From NCBI GenBank assembly GCA_905178155.1, contig CAJINV010000002.1, positions 1,401,809 through 1,465,808 of the forward strand: a stretch of 64,000 bases of DNA, given 5' to 3'. Of this stretch, positions 25,964 through 38,076 are shown piece after piece. Made by a program: the position numbers and the translations under genes. Below the pieces are notes generated by a model. The model was not told where the DNA came from. It did no database searches and saw only the letters and a program-made list of their open reading frames with translations. The DNA is from Amoebophrya sp. A120 (lineage: Eukaryota > Protista > Dinoflagellata). Within the stretch, counting starts at the first letter, position 1, and every line of letters starts with the position of its first letter.

Positions 25964-26869
25964 GGCGCTCTTCGATGAGTAGCAGTCCTTCATGCGGTAG
26001 TGCACCGTAAACTGGCCGTATCAAAAGAAAAAAGCTCGTCACGATCACTCATGGGCATTTTTGCAATACAAAAAATGCCTGTCATGAGTAAAAACACACC
26101 ACAGCTAAACTTCATACGTGATTTCCCTTCGTGTTTCTGCAACACAAGGAAAAGTTGTGATGCTACTTAAAAGACTTTGTAAATGCAAAGCCTCCACGTT
26201 AGCGACTGTGCACGCCGCAGTCCTGTTCGGCAAGAACTATATCGTACAGCTGCCATGGTGGAATTATACTCACTTGAGTACAACATATCCATACAAAACT
26301 TTTTCGCCTTCAGGGCGAAGCTGCTTCGTTCGTAATGGGTTGATGATAGCCGCTTTTAAAACTGGGGGACAATGAATGGTGGAGAATTTTTCTCCTTTAC
26401 TCGTGTAAATTATGTGTCGGCCAAACGTCAAAAAATTTACGAATGTCTAACTATATGAAGATGTGCACAAACCTACTGACTTACATCACGACAGGGCTCG
26501 AAAAGATGCTGACCGCATCTTCAAGTTCGTGGCCTGGTACACCAGACAACCATATCATGTAGTTAAATTTTACAAGTAGGCCACTGAATACTCCTAAGCT
26601 CATTCCACTACTCAATTTTACACACTGCGCCAAGGAAGGCTTCTGAAGGTGGTGCCGTTTTACAGCAAATTGGGAGAAGTTGTCAGGGCAAGCCTCCTGA
26701 GCTCCAAGAGGGGAAACGACCATCGATTTCTCCACCTTCTCTACTTGTTGCAGTTCCTCATCTGCAGATACTAGCCATTATAAGATAATACATGAAATCA
26801 TAAAACATACCTACTTATAGTACTCGGACGATTCTTCATCTTCATCTTCGGTTATTACAACACTTTATC

Positions 26870-29644
26870 TCATTGTACTAACTCGACTTCCAGCACCAGC
26901 CGTGCTTTCCCATTATCCTCCTGCGTACGGTTATCCAGGAAAAAAGCTGTGTAAGTGTAACTTTGTAGGAAGAGCAGCATCACAAATTCGTTTTGCATAT
27001 ACAGGGGAAACCTGTCACGCGCAATTAGTATGTGAAAGCACGTATGGAAGTAGCCTATGAGGCACATCCAGCATCACAAGTGTGACAGTTTTGCATTTTT
27101 TGCATCACGGACTTACACTCACATAGTTTTTTTCTTGCATAACGGTGCCAGGCGCCGTGCTTCTCCCCGCTGCGGTAGATCACCGCCTCCGTGGCATCGA
27201 ACGCCTTGATGACCGTCTCCACCTGGGGATAAGTTTGTGTTGCCAACTGTTGCAGGAAGTGCTGGACAACTTTGTTGCGCTCCTTCTGCCGGATCGTGTA
27301 TTTCGGCCGGTCCTGCAATGCTGGTCGACCACCGCCCTGCAATGCTGGTACGACTGCTTTTGCTGCCCGTGGTCGTGCCGCGGCACCGAAGCCCTTTTCC
27401 TCTATCAAATGTAAAAATGTCTGGGTCTGGAAGGTTAGAACTTGTCATGCTAAATCTGAAGGATGCAAAAATCTGTGTTGCGTGAGTACGAAAAGCTGTC
27501 CGCTTTTGACCAAGTTGAGAGGGAGTTTCTCATGCAGGAAAGGGATGATAGAGACCTCAAAAAATCTGTCATGCTAGGTCCTGCATTCCAGACCTCATGG
27601 GTCCTGGAAAAGCTGCATGACAAATCGCTCATTCTTCCAGACCCAGACATTTTTACATTTGATATCCTCGTTGTACCTGCTATTCTCCCCCACAATCCGG
27701 GGGGCGAAGAGCTCGCCCAAGCCGAACAGCGCCACCGTGGCGCGGCTCGGGGACGGAGGAGCCTCTCTCACTCGGGCGCGGGTCGTGGGCAGCTCTCTCA
27801 CCGGGCAGCTATCCACATGCCAATAGGCCCGGTCGTACACGCGGCGCGAAACCAAGACAGCGTCCATATCCCTCGGGGAGTAGTTTCGTACGGGACCAAG
27901 CGCCGTGGCCATTCTGTTGTCTCTTGCCAACAACATTGCGACTCCCTGCACTCCTACATCTTCGTTCTGAACGTTGTTTCGGTCGTATTGTTCTTGGGCG
28001 TCCGGCGGGCTGTTCCCGGCGTTATTCAATACCGGTCTGACGCCCCTTTGTTCAAGCGCTTCAGCCTTTGCAATGAGATTTTCCGCATACTTTGGAGGTT
28101 CGAGCCTGAGCACCGCGTTGATTTGTACCCGGGACCGCAGCTGTTGGGCGTTTGTCATTTCCACTCCTGCGAAGGCCTTCCTTACGAGCTTGTTCGCCAG
28201 TCCCGTATCAAATGCAAATATGCCTGGGCTTGGATGCTGGTTGGCGAATCATGAGGTGCCGCAATTGACGGCCTAGGATGGCAAGTTTCTGAATTGAAAG
28301 TTGTAGTCTATTTTATATGAGAAACTGCGTTTCCGCATGACAGAAAAGCCGCGAGACTCTTGGGTAAAGTACATGGCAGCCTTGGGAGTTGTCATGCTAG
28401 CCAAGCATGACAATCCTTGCATTCACTTCCAGACCCAGACATATTTACCTTTGATATCCCGTGATCGCCGACCAAACCAGCGGCCACAGGGTGTTCCCGA
28501 CAGTGCGAGCTTTGTACAAGATACGCGAAAGCAGCCCGCTGATGCACCGGGTGCCAGAACAAGCCTCCGCGTCGGTAGATGAGCCTTCTACCGGATCGAG
28601 GCCCAATGCTGCAGCCAGGTAAATCAGCTGATCCACGACGTAATCGGGAAGTGCTGGTCGAGCCTCATCTCGTCGCTCAGCTCCCGCTGCCTCCTCACGA
28701 AGCGGTTGCATCACGATATCAGACTGCTCCTTTCGCACCTTCCGGAACGCTTTTTTCATGGATCTCTCCTTCCGGTCTCGCTCCTCTCGCGCGCTCCTCG
28801 TCCAGACTGCAGTAGTGGTACTTGTTCTCTGAGCTCTTCTACTGCCGTCTTCCAAATCAAGGTCCAGTTCATCCCCGCGAAAGTTCATGCTCAACACCAT
28901 CGCGCCACCCCAATCCTTCTCGGCTTTATCCCATGCAATTTTTGCCAGGTTTGTCGTGGAGGCAAGGTCTACGTTGGTGTTTCGTCGCCACCATAACTTC
29001 GTTGCGTCTTCCTGCAGGGAGGTGAGGGTGTTGAGGTTGCGAGGGGTGCGCTCGATTCCGGAACGGACGACTTCGAAGGGCTCGCGGTGCGCACGACGGA
29101 CCTGTTCTACTCGCCACGGAATTGTGCTAGTATAGAGGCCCCGAGAGGGAGGCGCAATAACGGGTGTTTGTATTCCAGTTCGAGTTCCCTCGACACCGAG
29201 TTTGGCGTAATAAGCTGATCTTTTGTCCGTCATCGCTCTAGTATCCTTCATCCTCGATACCATCGCGCCACCCCAATCCCGTTCGGCTTTCTTCCGTGCT
29301 GCAGCAATCATCTGTCGTGCCTGTCTGGTCTCCGGCGTGGTCGTGGTGCCAGACAGCACCCCCTGCTGTTTTCCTCCTGCATCCCGAGGAGCGGGTGCGG
29401 TAGAGCTAGTGCTGCGTCCTTCCGGAAGATGAGCCGGTTCAATAGTCGCCCTCGTCTCCGCAAGGGGCTCTAAAAAATCGCCGTCGCGGCTCATTTGCCC
29501 GACACCGGGCACACCATCCGGTTGGCCTGGCAGAGGTTGTTGCGAGGGAGCCGATCCCGATGCGCGGCCGTTGCCGCCGGTGGCTAGAAATAAGGTACAG
29601 GTGAGGTGTACTACGCGCAGAAATGATAATCCGGCAACGGTCAT
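26870..29644 (-). CDS. Hypothetical protein with hydrophobic, signal-peptide-like N-terminus; 3 elements
   Basis: Junctions SAITG|LANK, RYNE|EKGF and AWHR|TQED are in frame; stop at 26870. Confidence 0.65.
26932..27141. mobile_element. TAT-ATA element family M
   Basis: TATCCAGGAAAAAAGCTGTGTAAGTGTAA / TTACACTCACATAGTTTTTTTCTTGCATA; TSD ACGGT. Confidence 0.95.
27403..27664. mobile_element. TAT-ATA element family A
   Basis: Family A TIRs; TSD TCCTC. Confidence 0.95.
28206..28456. mobile_element. TAT-ATA element family A
   Basis: Family A TIRs; TSD TCCCG. Confidence 0.95.
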
Positions 29645-30885
29645 CTTAGGCAAGGCCAAGGTTGTGAATTTGATAATATGACCGTGAAAATCTTCCCAGG
29701 CGGAAATTTGTATTTTTGCACAGTAGCAATATACTTGTCAATGGTCTGAATTTTTGAAGTGTGAAATTTTTGAAGATCCTCTCAACAATATACAGAATAA
29801 AATGAAAATGATAGTACATAGTATACTTTTACTCAAAGAGAGGGCTCGTCATGGCTTGAAAATTACGTAGAAATGAAGAGGATAATCATAATCCAATGTC
29901 GATTTAGGGGTCGTGGAGATGATAAATAAAGATAAGCAGCAACAAGATGCAACTTGTCACGGAAGCAAACACTCCCAGACGATTCTAGCTCCTGTAGCTT
30001 GAAGAGGTGGATGAGGATACTTTGATTCAATACCAGTAAGATTTCGGCACTTGTTGCTGTCTTCCGTCCCGCTAGCCTCGTCGAACTGGAACTGCATTTC
30101 GAACAGAATGACACGATCAAGCAATTTCTTTCAGGTTGTCAGCAAGGAAGATGCGAGGAGTATTTTCACAAATGACCGAGGGTTGTAATTGTCTAGGAGA
30201 GAAACTACCGATGCGCGATCTTCAAGGTAATTTCAGACATTTCCGATCCGGATCGTTTCGACAAAGAAGCTTAGGACCGAGGGCAGAATTTTTTTCTGCG
30301 AACTCAGATTTTCATTTTCCTTGCTTTCATGATTTTCAAAGATCTGCTTCTCATGGTCTTGCCTTGATTTCCAAAAAGAGCGGTTCTCCACCAGGTCCGG
30401 AGAACTAAGTACGTGCTGTTGTTCACAAAATTCAGATTCTCAGCCGCGACCGAGACCATGCACATGAGTGAACAGATTCTGCAACGACCAAAAGTTACGA
30501 ACGGGGCTAGAGTTGTTGTTGTGTCTTGCCTGCAGTCAACAAGACAAGCCATTTAGAGGTGGGGAAGCTCCAGTTGAGCCGGGCCCTTCTGAAATTTCTT
30601 TTGTCGCTTGTGAAAATGTCGGACATCGCAGTGCGCTGCAAGCGCTCACTACACTCACCGAATTCCTTGTACCACCAGAACGAGTCCTATGCTTGTCGAT
30701 TTCGAAATGTTCTGTCTTGCGATCCAGAATGTTTTCAGCATGCTCGTGCCTACCGCTCCTGGCTTCTTGAGCAGCTCTTCTACTTCTACCGCAGATGATC
30801 TTGAATACTACTAAAAAAACTGTCTCAGAAATTCAAACTTCCTGTCGTGTGTGTACTAGTGCAACTTGCTTTGAAACTCATCATT

Positions 30886-33800
30886 TCACAGCTGCCCCGC
30901 TACAACAGAGGAACTGCAGCAGCTCATCCCTCCGCGTAATTGTAGTACGCGACGAAGTGCTGTATTGGTAGCGTGACGTACCTCTTTCCTAACAACTCCA
31001 CGATCCCCACCGTTGTCGCGTTCTGCTGCGTTCCCCTCTCTAAGGAGATCAAATGCAAAAGTGTCTGGGTCTGGAAACTTGTGATGCAGGAAAGGGAGTA
31101 GTGAACTCACTATAATGCGCTGCCAAGCATGACAAGTTTTTTCCATGAGTCTGAGTTGCGTACTCCGCATGAGAAACTGCGTTTTTGCATGACACGGAGG
31201 AGGAGCTCTTCGCGGCCATGCAACACAGAGTTCAGAGTCATGCCAGACAAGCATGACAAATCTCGCAATCTCCCAGACCCAGACATATTTGCAATGCATA
31301 AAGGAGATCAACGTGCCAATCTGGTGCCGGTTCTGGCCCGAAACGATCAAAACTTTGTCGTTTTTCTGGGGGATTTGGGGAAGGAGCTCGGAAACCGCAC
31401 AGGTCTTTTCTGATGTCAGGGGACTATTGTTATTGTCCTGGTCATGTTGCAGCAAGCGTATTCTGACACGGAACGACGCATCAGACGAGGTCAACAAAGC
31501 GGTTTGTTGTACTGCTGACACTCCGTTATTTTCATCAGCATTGTCGGCTGCAACTTGTGTGTCTATTATCACTGCGGGGAACCGCTGTTTGTTAGCCGAA
31601 GATTGATGCTGATCCCCAACCTCGTCGTGTTCTCTTTCTTGGTAGGTCACTAAAGACCCCTCCCGCACCCACTCGGGCAACCCGGCGGGGAGGTTTTTTC
31701 TCGAGGAGGACGATGGTGGTGCGACCGCTGATGTTGATAATCTTTGTTGCTGCATTTGTGGCTTCCGCACGACACTCCCCGGCATCGTCGCAGTTGTCGT
31801 CCCAACAATGCGGATTTGGATCCCCAGGCCAAGATCCTCTGAATTTTCCTTCTCTCCTTCGGTAGTAGTTTTCTTCGCTTGCTTAGCTGCGCCTGCATGG
31901 GTTTCTTCGTTCTCTTCACCCGACCGGCGTTTCAAGGACGCATTCTGCTGCTGCTGCTGTCCGGCAGTTGTAGTTGCACCAGAAGAAGGCTCTGGTGCTC
32001 CTGAAGCCACGACTTTATTTGCAGTGCCTGCCGTTCCTGCTTCAGCAGACGAACTTACAACCGCCGGCGACCCCCAATGGAGGTGTTTGCAGGTAAACCC
32101 CGGGTAGTCTTCGACCACTGAGTCGAGTGCCGCCTGTAAATACACGATTCCGGGTTTGTACAGCACTTCCTCCATCCGCTCTAGAGTGAACGCGATCATT
32201 TCGGTGGTTAATTGTTTTTCTAAAATGTTTTTCTCCACCGTTTTCTCCAACAACTCCTCTATCGTCAACGTCCCCCCGTTTTCCTGCAAGATCTCCAAAA
32301 TACCAACTTTCACCTCCTTCGAAATTTTCCCCGCCGTGATCGCCTTTTGCTGCTCGTTGTCGCTGTTGCTGTCGGAAGACAATAAATTTTGCACCTCTTG
32401 GTCCGTTTTCACCAGATTTTGGAACTTCGTGTTATCCACGAAAACTTTCGTTTCTTTCCTTCGCAAAAAACACCGGCTTTCCATGTTGATCAGTAGCTTC
32501 TGCAGGTCGTACGGGGGGGAAAACGCGGTTTGCAAATCCGGGACGTTTATTCTCTGTAAGAACTCCTCCAACTCCTGTTTGAAAACTTTCCCACCCCGCG
32601 CCATAACCCACCCGATGATCTGCCGCTTCAAAACGATCTCACTTGACATGTCGCCAGAATGTTCCGCTCGTTTGCTGTATTCCAATATGGCGCTCTCAAG
32701 TGTTACACTCTCAACTGTTACATGATTTGTCATGCAAAATGAACATCAGCGTCCCCATGGTGAAGCTACTGCGCATGACGAATTTTGGAAGGGCTAAACA
32801 ACATGGGAATCTGTGCCGAATTTGTAATGCAAGGGTTGCAAGATCCGGCCTTTCCCTGTTGCCATTCTTGCATCACAAAATCAAGTAACAGCTGAGAGTG
32901 TAACAATTGAGAATCCCATATCCAAAATCTGTTCCTTGCACCCGTTTTCCCGTTCGTTAACGGTCGAGTTGGGCACGAAGAGTCTCCCCGCGCGGGAAGA
33001 GGGCCACTCCACGAGGGGGTCTATCGTCGATTTGAGGTATAATCTATACGGGTCGTAGAAGACCGGCTGCATTTTCTGCAAGACGTTCTTGAACATGCCG
33101 TGGGCCTTGTTCAATTCCGATTTCCGGTTCCAATTTAACTTCTGGGTGATCATGGACACCTTGATACTGGCCCCGGATTGTTTGATTTCCCGGAGGATCT
33201 GCTGACTCAGATACGCCGGTAAAGCGGACTCCGGCATGGGATCCGGGTGCTGCTGCTGGCCCTCAAAGGTTCTGAACAATATCTCGCAGGGGCCGTCGTA
33301 AGACCAGAAGATCTCTTTCTGCAACGCGTAATTGACGTCGGACACCCGGTACTTGCATTGGAGAATCAAAGGCAACACCAGTCTGTCGAACAGCTTCCCC
33401 TTGTTGAACGGCTCCTTGATCTTCCGTAAGATCAGCAAACACAGCTCCTCGAAGCAGGGCACGAAGAATAACGGCTGTAAGTGTGCGTTCTTGCTCGCTT
33501 CCGAATAGAGATTCAACGAGAGCTGCTGGACCTGCAATTTCCCGTCCAAATTTTTCCCGGCGACGAAGTCGAAGTGCGCAGCGGGGTCGATTTCCGCGGT
33601 AATCGCATTTCTCGTCCCTTCTTGCGCGGCTTTCTTGTCGTCGTCCGCGGTGGATAATCTTTTCGTCGTGCCATTTCTTATCGGTCCGGACTGGCCCTCC
33701 GCCCTGTCTGGGACGTCGTTGTAGCCGGTTCCTTTCTTCACGATATTTGATGTTCCTGATTTAATATTCGCATTGTCGCTAGAAGTATTGTTTCTCGGCG

Positions 33801-35793
33801 CAGTGGAACTACTCGAACCGCCGCGCTGCTCGTTCAAGAAAACCGCGACGGGTTTTTGCGAATCCGCAAACGAGTGGCAAATCATGGGCCTGAGCGTGTC
33901 CTTGAGAAACACCGTGTTGGGCTGGTAGAAAATTTGTATCAAATGTAAAAATGTCTGGGTCTGGAAGGGTTGGAACTTGTGATGCAAACTCTGGAACACA
34001 CAAAAATTTGTGATGCATGAGCGCCAAAAGCTGTCCATTTCTTGGCACGCAAGAAGGAAGTTTCTCATGCAGGAGAGGCATCATGAGGCGTGCTCAAAAC
34101 CTGTGATGCTTTTGCCTGCATCAGACGCCATTTGCGTGATCCGAAATATGCATGACAAATCTCGCAATCTTCCAGACCCAGACATTTTTACCGTTGATAA
34201 TTTGCGGTATTCGGTTATTCGACAGCGCTTCTTCTAGTTTCCCGAACATCTTGGTCCGCATGCTGTCGTTATCCCACAGAAAAAAGCTGGCAGGGCGTAT
34301 TTGTAATGCAAAAACAAATACACAGAAAAATCTGTCATGGGCGGCCTCCTAGCATGCTGTTTGGGATACGCAATACAGATTTTCTTGTGTGTTTATTTTT
34401 GCATTACAAATGTGACCTGCCATCTTGTTTCTGTGGGATAGTCGTCGCGCCAGTCAAGTTTCTCCTTCAGGATCGAAATTTCTATGCCCGGGAAGGAAAA
34501 TGGTTGAGTCGAGTTGTCATGCTGAGCCTGATGCCCGTTTTGATGTTCCATGTCAGCTTTATCGTCTTCCTCCTTCTGCTTCAAAAAAGTTCTCAACGCC
34601 TCCTCAATTTCGCGGATGACATCAACCGGAACTTTCCGGATCGCGGCTTGTTGTGAGGAGCGGAGATGCCTGATAGATTTTATTTTTGGGATAGATTTTT
34701 CATGCTACGAAAAATTCGAGTGCGTTGTTCCTGCACATAAGTAGTTACTTACAAATTTGTTCCGTCAAGCACCCTTAATAAAAATACGCATGACAAACAA
34801 AACTTCCAAATACGGCAGGTATTCCGGGGCGGAGAGAAACACGGTCGTGGGTGCGTACATCACCAAGTTCGGGTCCAGCACCGGTATTATCGTTTTGCAG
34901 TCCGTGTTCACCGTCCCGATGTTCAGCGCTTTCGTCCGGAATAACTCCGACAGCTCTTCCGCCTTCGTCATGCCCTGATTCTCCTCCAGCTTTGCGTGTA
35001 AAATTTTCTTACACTTCACCAAATCATTCTTCTGCACTTTCGACGCGTCTAGCGTGATTGCTTTCATGGCCCCGTTGTTTTTCAGCTTCCTCAGTTGGAC
35101 CTTCGCGGTTGCGTTCTTCGTTATTCCCGGGATGGTGATCGTCGGTCGTGTATGAAATGCAAATATGTCTGGGTCTGGAAAGTTGGAACTTGTAATGCTA
35201 GCTTTACATTCCTGGGAAATCTGTATTGCATAACCGACAAACGCGACAGCCATTTTTGTCATGCAAAGACGCAGTTTCTCATGCGGGCTGCCCATGAGAA
35301 AGTGCTCCGGAAAGTTGTCATGCTGGTCTGCATTCGGAAGCGTTTCCATCATGCACATTTTAGCATCACAAGTTTCCAGACCCAGACACTTTTGCAGTTG
35401 ATATCGTGGCGCGGTAGTTTTCCCCTCTTCCTTCTCCTTCTGCTCCTGTTCTTCCGCTTTTTGGTAGGAAATCACCTGCGCGCCCCAAAGATTTTGCTGC
35501 AGCGCGGACTGCTGCTTCTTGATTTTTTGCAGAAATTGGTCGTCGCCGGACTTTATCACTTGGCCGCCGTCTCGTCTGAGTTGAAGGAGGTTTTGCCTTG
35601 CGATTTCTTCCGCGGAAAGGGGCTTGTCGGGTTCCCGTGGGGACCCTCTAGGCTGCTGGTTGCTTTGTGCTGCGCCGTTCTGCATGTTGAACCCTTGTTG
35701 CTGACTTCCGAAGCCTTGCTGACCTGGATTCAGAGGTCCTGGTGGCTGCCCGGGGACAGGTATTGCTTGGGGATGGGAGCCTGTGATTTGCAT
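30886..35793 (-). CDS. Putative nucleic-acid-binding protein with repeated winged-helix-like modules and a C-terminal KOW motif; 5 elements plus canonical intron 34670-34813
   Basis: Spliced KOW-like PQKNDKVLIVSGQNRHQIGTLISLE...GIVEL and four YxPxx[VL][YF]L repeats. The 3' end is uncertain. Confidence 0.6.
31047..31300. mobile_element. TAT-ATA element family A (left end GAT)
   Basis: Family A TIRs; TSD AAGGA, extended to AAGGAGATCAA. Confidence 0.9.
32686..32920. mobile_element. TAT-ATA element family L
   Basis: Family L TIRs; TSD TCCAA. Confidence 0.95.
33937..34199. mobile_element. TAT-ATA element family A
   Basis: Family A TIRs; TSD ATTTG. Confidence 0.95.
34270..34440. mobile_element. 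TAT-ATA element family F
   Basis: TATCCCACAGAAA..TGGCAGG / CCTGCCA..TTTCTGTGGGATA; TSD GTCGT. Confidence 0.95.
35151..35403. mobile_element. TAT-ATA element family A
   Basis: Family A TIRs; TSD TCGTG. Confidence 0.95.
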
Positions 35794-35960
35794 TTGTTTA
35801 TCTTTATCTTTAGGATCTCCTCATGATGGATAAACCACAATAACAATACTAACCACGAACGCATCGTGCATAACACGCATAATGCTGCATAACTACGCGC
35901 ACCAAAGATCACACGTACTTCATGCTAAAAGTAAAAACTCTACTTCAAGTGCCAATAAAC

Positions 35961-37122
35961 TTAAACATGAATCGGTAAAAATAAACAGTTGATACCTCCG
36001 CCCTTCCCTGTCACTATCCCTGCGGCATTCGGGAGCTGCGCACCGGCGGATTTCATACCCTTAGGATCCCCTACCGCACCTTTCTTCCCAGGTATCATTC
36101 CTCCCTTCGCGCCTTTCGCATTTGACGCAGCAGTAGACCCGTTTTTCATACCAGAGGCAACTACACTCTGGTCGTTTCTGTCCTCGTTGTCCCGGGGGCC
36201 CTCGCTGTCTTCCTGCTCGTCGTCATCGTCCAGCTTTGTGGACGAGCCCGCGAAGGTATGGATGATGCCTGATTTTTTTTTCATTTTTCACTGGTAGCAC
36301 ACAAGGGGTCTCGTAGTAGAGAAGAATGAACGTGAAGAGCACGAGGACTATGTCTTTTGTTAGTATCTATTGGTGCTGCAAACGAGTTGTACAACTTTCG
36401 ACAAGTAGAAAGTAAATGGTCTATAATACCTGCCACCCCAGTGGGAAATTTATCCGCGTGTGCCTCCAGTGCTTTTATCACCTGCTGTACCTGCTCGCGA
36501 TTCATGTTGTCCTTCACATTTTCGTTTGACAACACGTTCGCTAGAACTTTCACGCCGGACTGCAAGCCCCCGTCATCCAAACCGTCTTCTATCCACGCTT
36601 CGATGATCTCCGCGCGCATCTCCCCCGACTGCTCTTGCAGGTTTTGTAGGGTCTCGCCCGTGAAGAATTTGACCTGATGTAGTAAATGTGGTGTTTGTAT
36701 TGCTGGAAGTGCATCATAGAGTTGTGTTGTGATGCTTATAGAACATCAAACTTATGTAAGTACGCAAATGCAGGACGAGAGAACTACTTGCAGTGCATCA
36801 ATCACATAACTAGCGAGGAGCGACCACCAAGCTCTATTTTTTTACTTACCTGCAGATTCTCCAGCACGTTGTCCTTCACGTGCTGCAACTTCCGGTAGCT
36901 TTCCGCATCCTTCGCGTGGGTTTTCAACGCGTTTGCGAAGAATTTGTCCAAATCCTCCCAGAAAGTCACCGCGGAGTCGTACTTTGGATTTTTATTCAAC
37001 ACTTCTTTCAAAATCGTGTCCCGCAACAGATGCTTCAACGTTTGGTCGAGGTTTTTGTCCTTCAGCAGCTTGTCGATCGCCCTCTGGAACCGGTCGGTGA
37101 AACGACCGGAGACGGACTCCAT
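35961..37122 (-). CDS. Hypothetical protein with canonical introns (e.g. 36674-36849)
   Basis: ORFs 36802..37212 and 36281..36619 join via CAG|GTAAGT...CATCAG|GTC. The last junction is unresolved. Confidence 0.45.
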
Positions 37123-38076
37123 GTTGGGCGGCGGGGGAGAAGAAGTTGTCTTGTTGCTACAAACAAGGAACGCAACTAGTTCTCTCGTAGTACTTCGTTG
37201 CTTGGCCCACAAAAGTTGTAGACGCTCCGCGGGTCTGCCGTCGTCGTTCGGTCAGGGCTGGGCTCGATTATTGCTACGATCAAATGGTGATCGTGGGTGG
37301 AATCGATCGGAGTAGAGCAGGGAGCTGTGACTCTCGCTGGGGGCGGTCGTGGTGCGGGACAGGTGCATTTTCTTTATATGAGTCGCATTTTTCCCTTGAG
37401 TGAACTTTCGCTGCGCGCTGTGCATTTGAAGATATTCAAAAGAGAAACAGGAACATAAGTAAGTAGAGCGTGTGGAATTCTGAGTACTGTTGCGTTACTA
37501 CTTGGGGTGAAACTTCTAAACTACTGTACTTCTACACACGGCTGTGAAATGTCAACTACTAAGCCCGTCGCCATTCTGTCGCTGTGAATAAAGAGGGTGA
37601 AGAATAGTTCGAATTTCATTCGCAAAAAAAAAAATAGTTGAGAAACGCTAGGTATCAATAGTGAGATTGCGGTTTGAACGTTTGCCAAAATTGAAAACTC
37701 AGATCGTCCAGTTGCATACGCGGCGTGATCTTCGTTCAGGCTTGATTGTGGAAGCGAAGTGGTCTTGGCTTAGCTCTTGAAGATAGGATTGGGCAGAATT
37801 GCGACATCGGGATCCTCGTAAATCTATGAGATAACAAACAAGTATTTCAAAAAATTGTTTTATCTTTATGCACGCTTTATTGCGGCCGCATTTGCTCATG
37901 AACATCGTTATCGCTCGGCCACTGTCTAAAAACTTTGCATGGAGCGCGTCGCAATTGTCGTCTTTGATCCCTATGCAGCTACTTTCGGTGACCACCTTCA
38001 TACTGTATCAAAAGGCGCCTAGAAGAATGAAAAGCGATAGTGAAAAGAAAATCTCTACTACCAGCACGAACTTCAT

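Larger units (their letters stand above)
22331..26018 (-). pseudogene. Probable truncated or decaying gene with a fucolectin/galactose-binding-like segment; 10 elements
   Basis: Exons join in frame (GQFTVHYRMK...SYPFWEWK...KLRVWNTN...LKPFYLLIDN). No start codon found, an in-frame TGA at 22660-22662 under the usual removal rule, and several decayed element ends. Confidence 0.45.

Noticed and set aside
26019-26120. Additional complete TAT-ATA element
   Set aside because: It has a left end (TATCAAAAGAAAAAAG) and an internal motif, but no matching right TIR or GGCCG TSD; treated as truncated.
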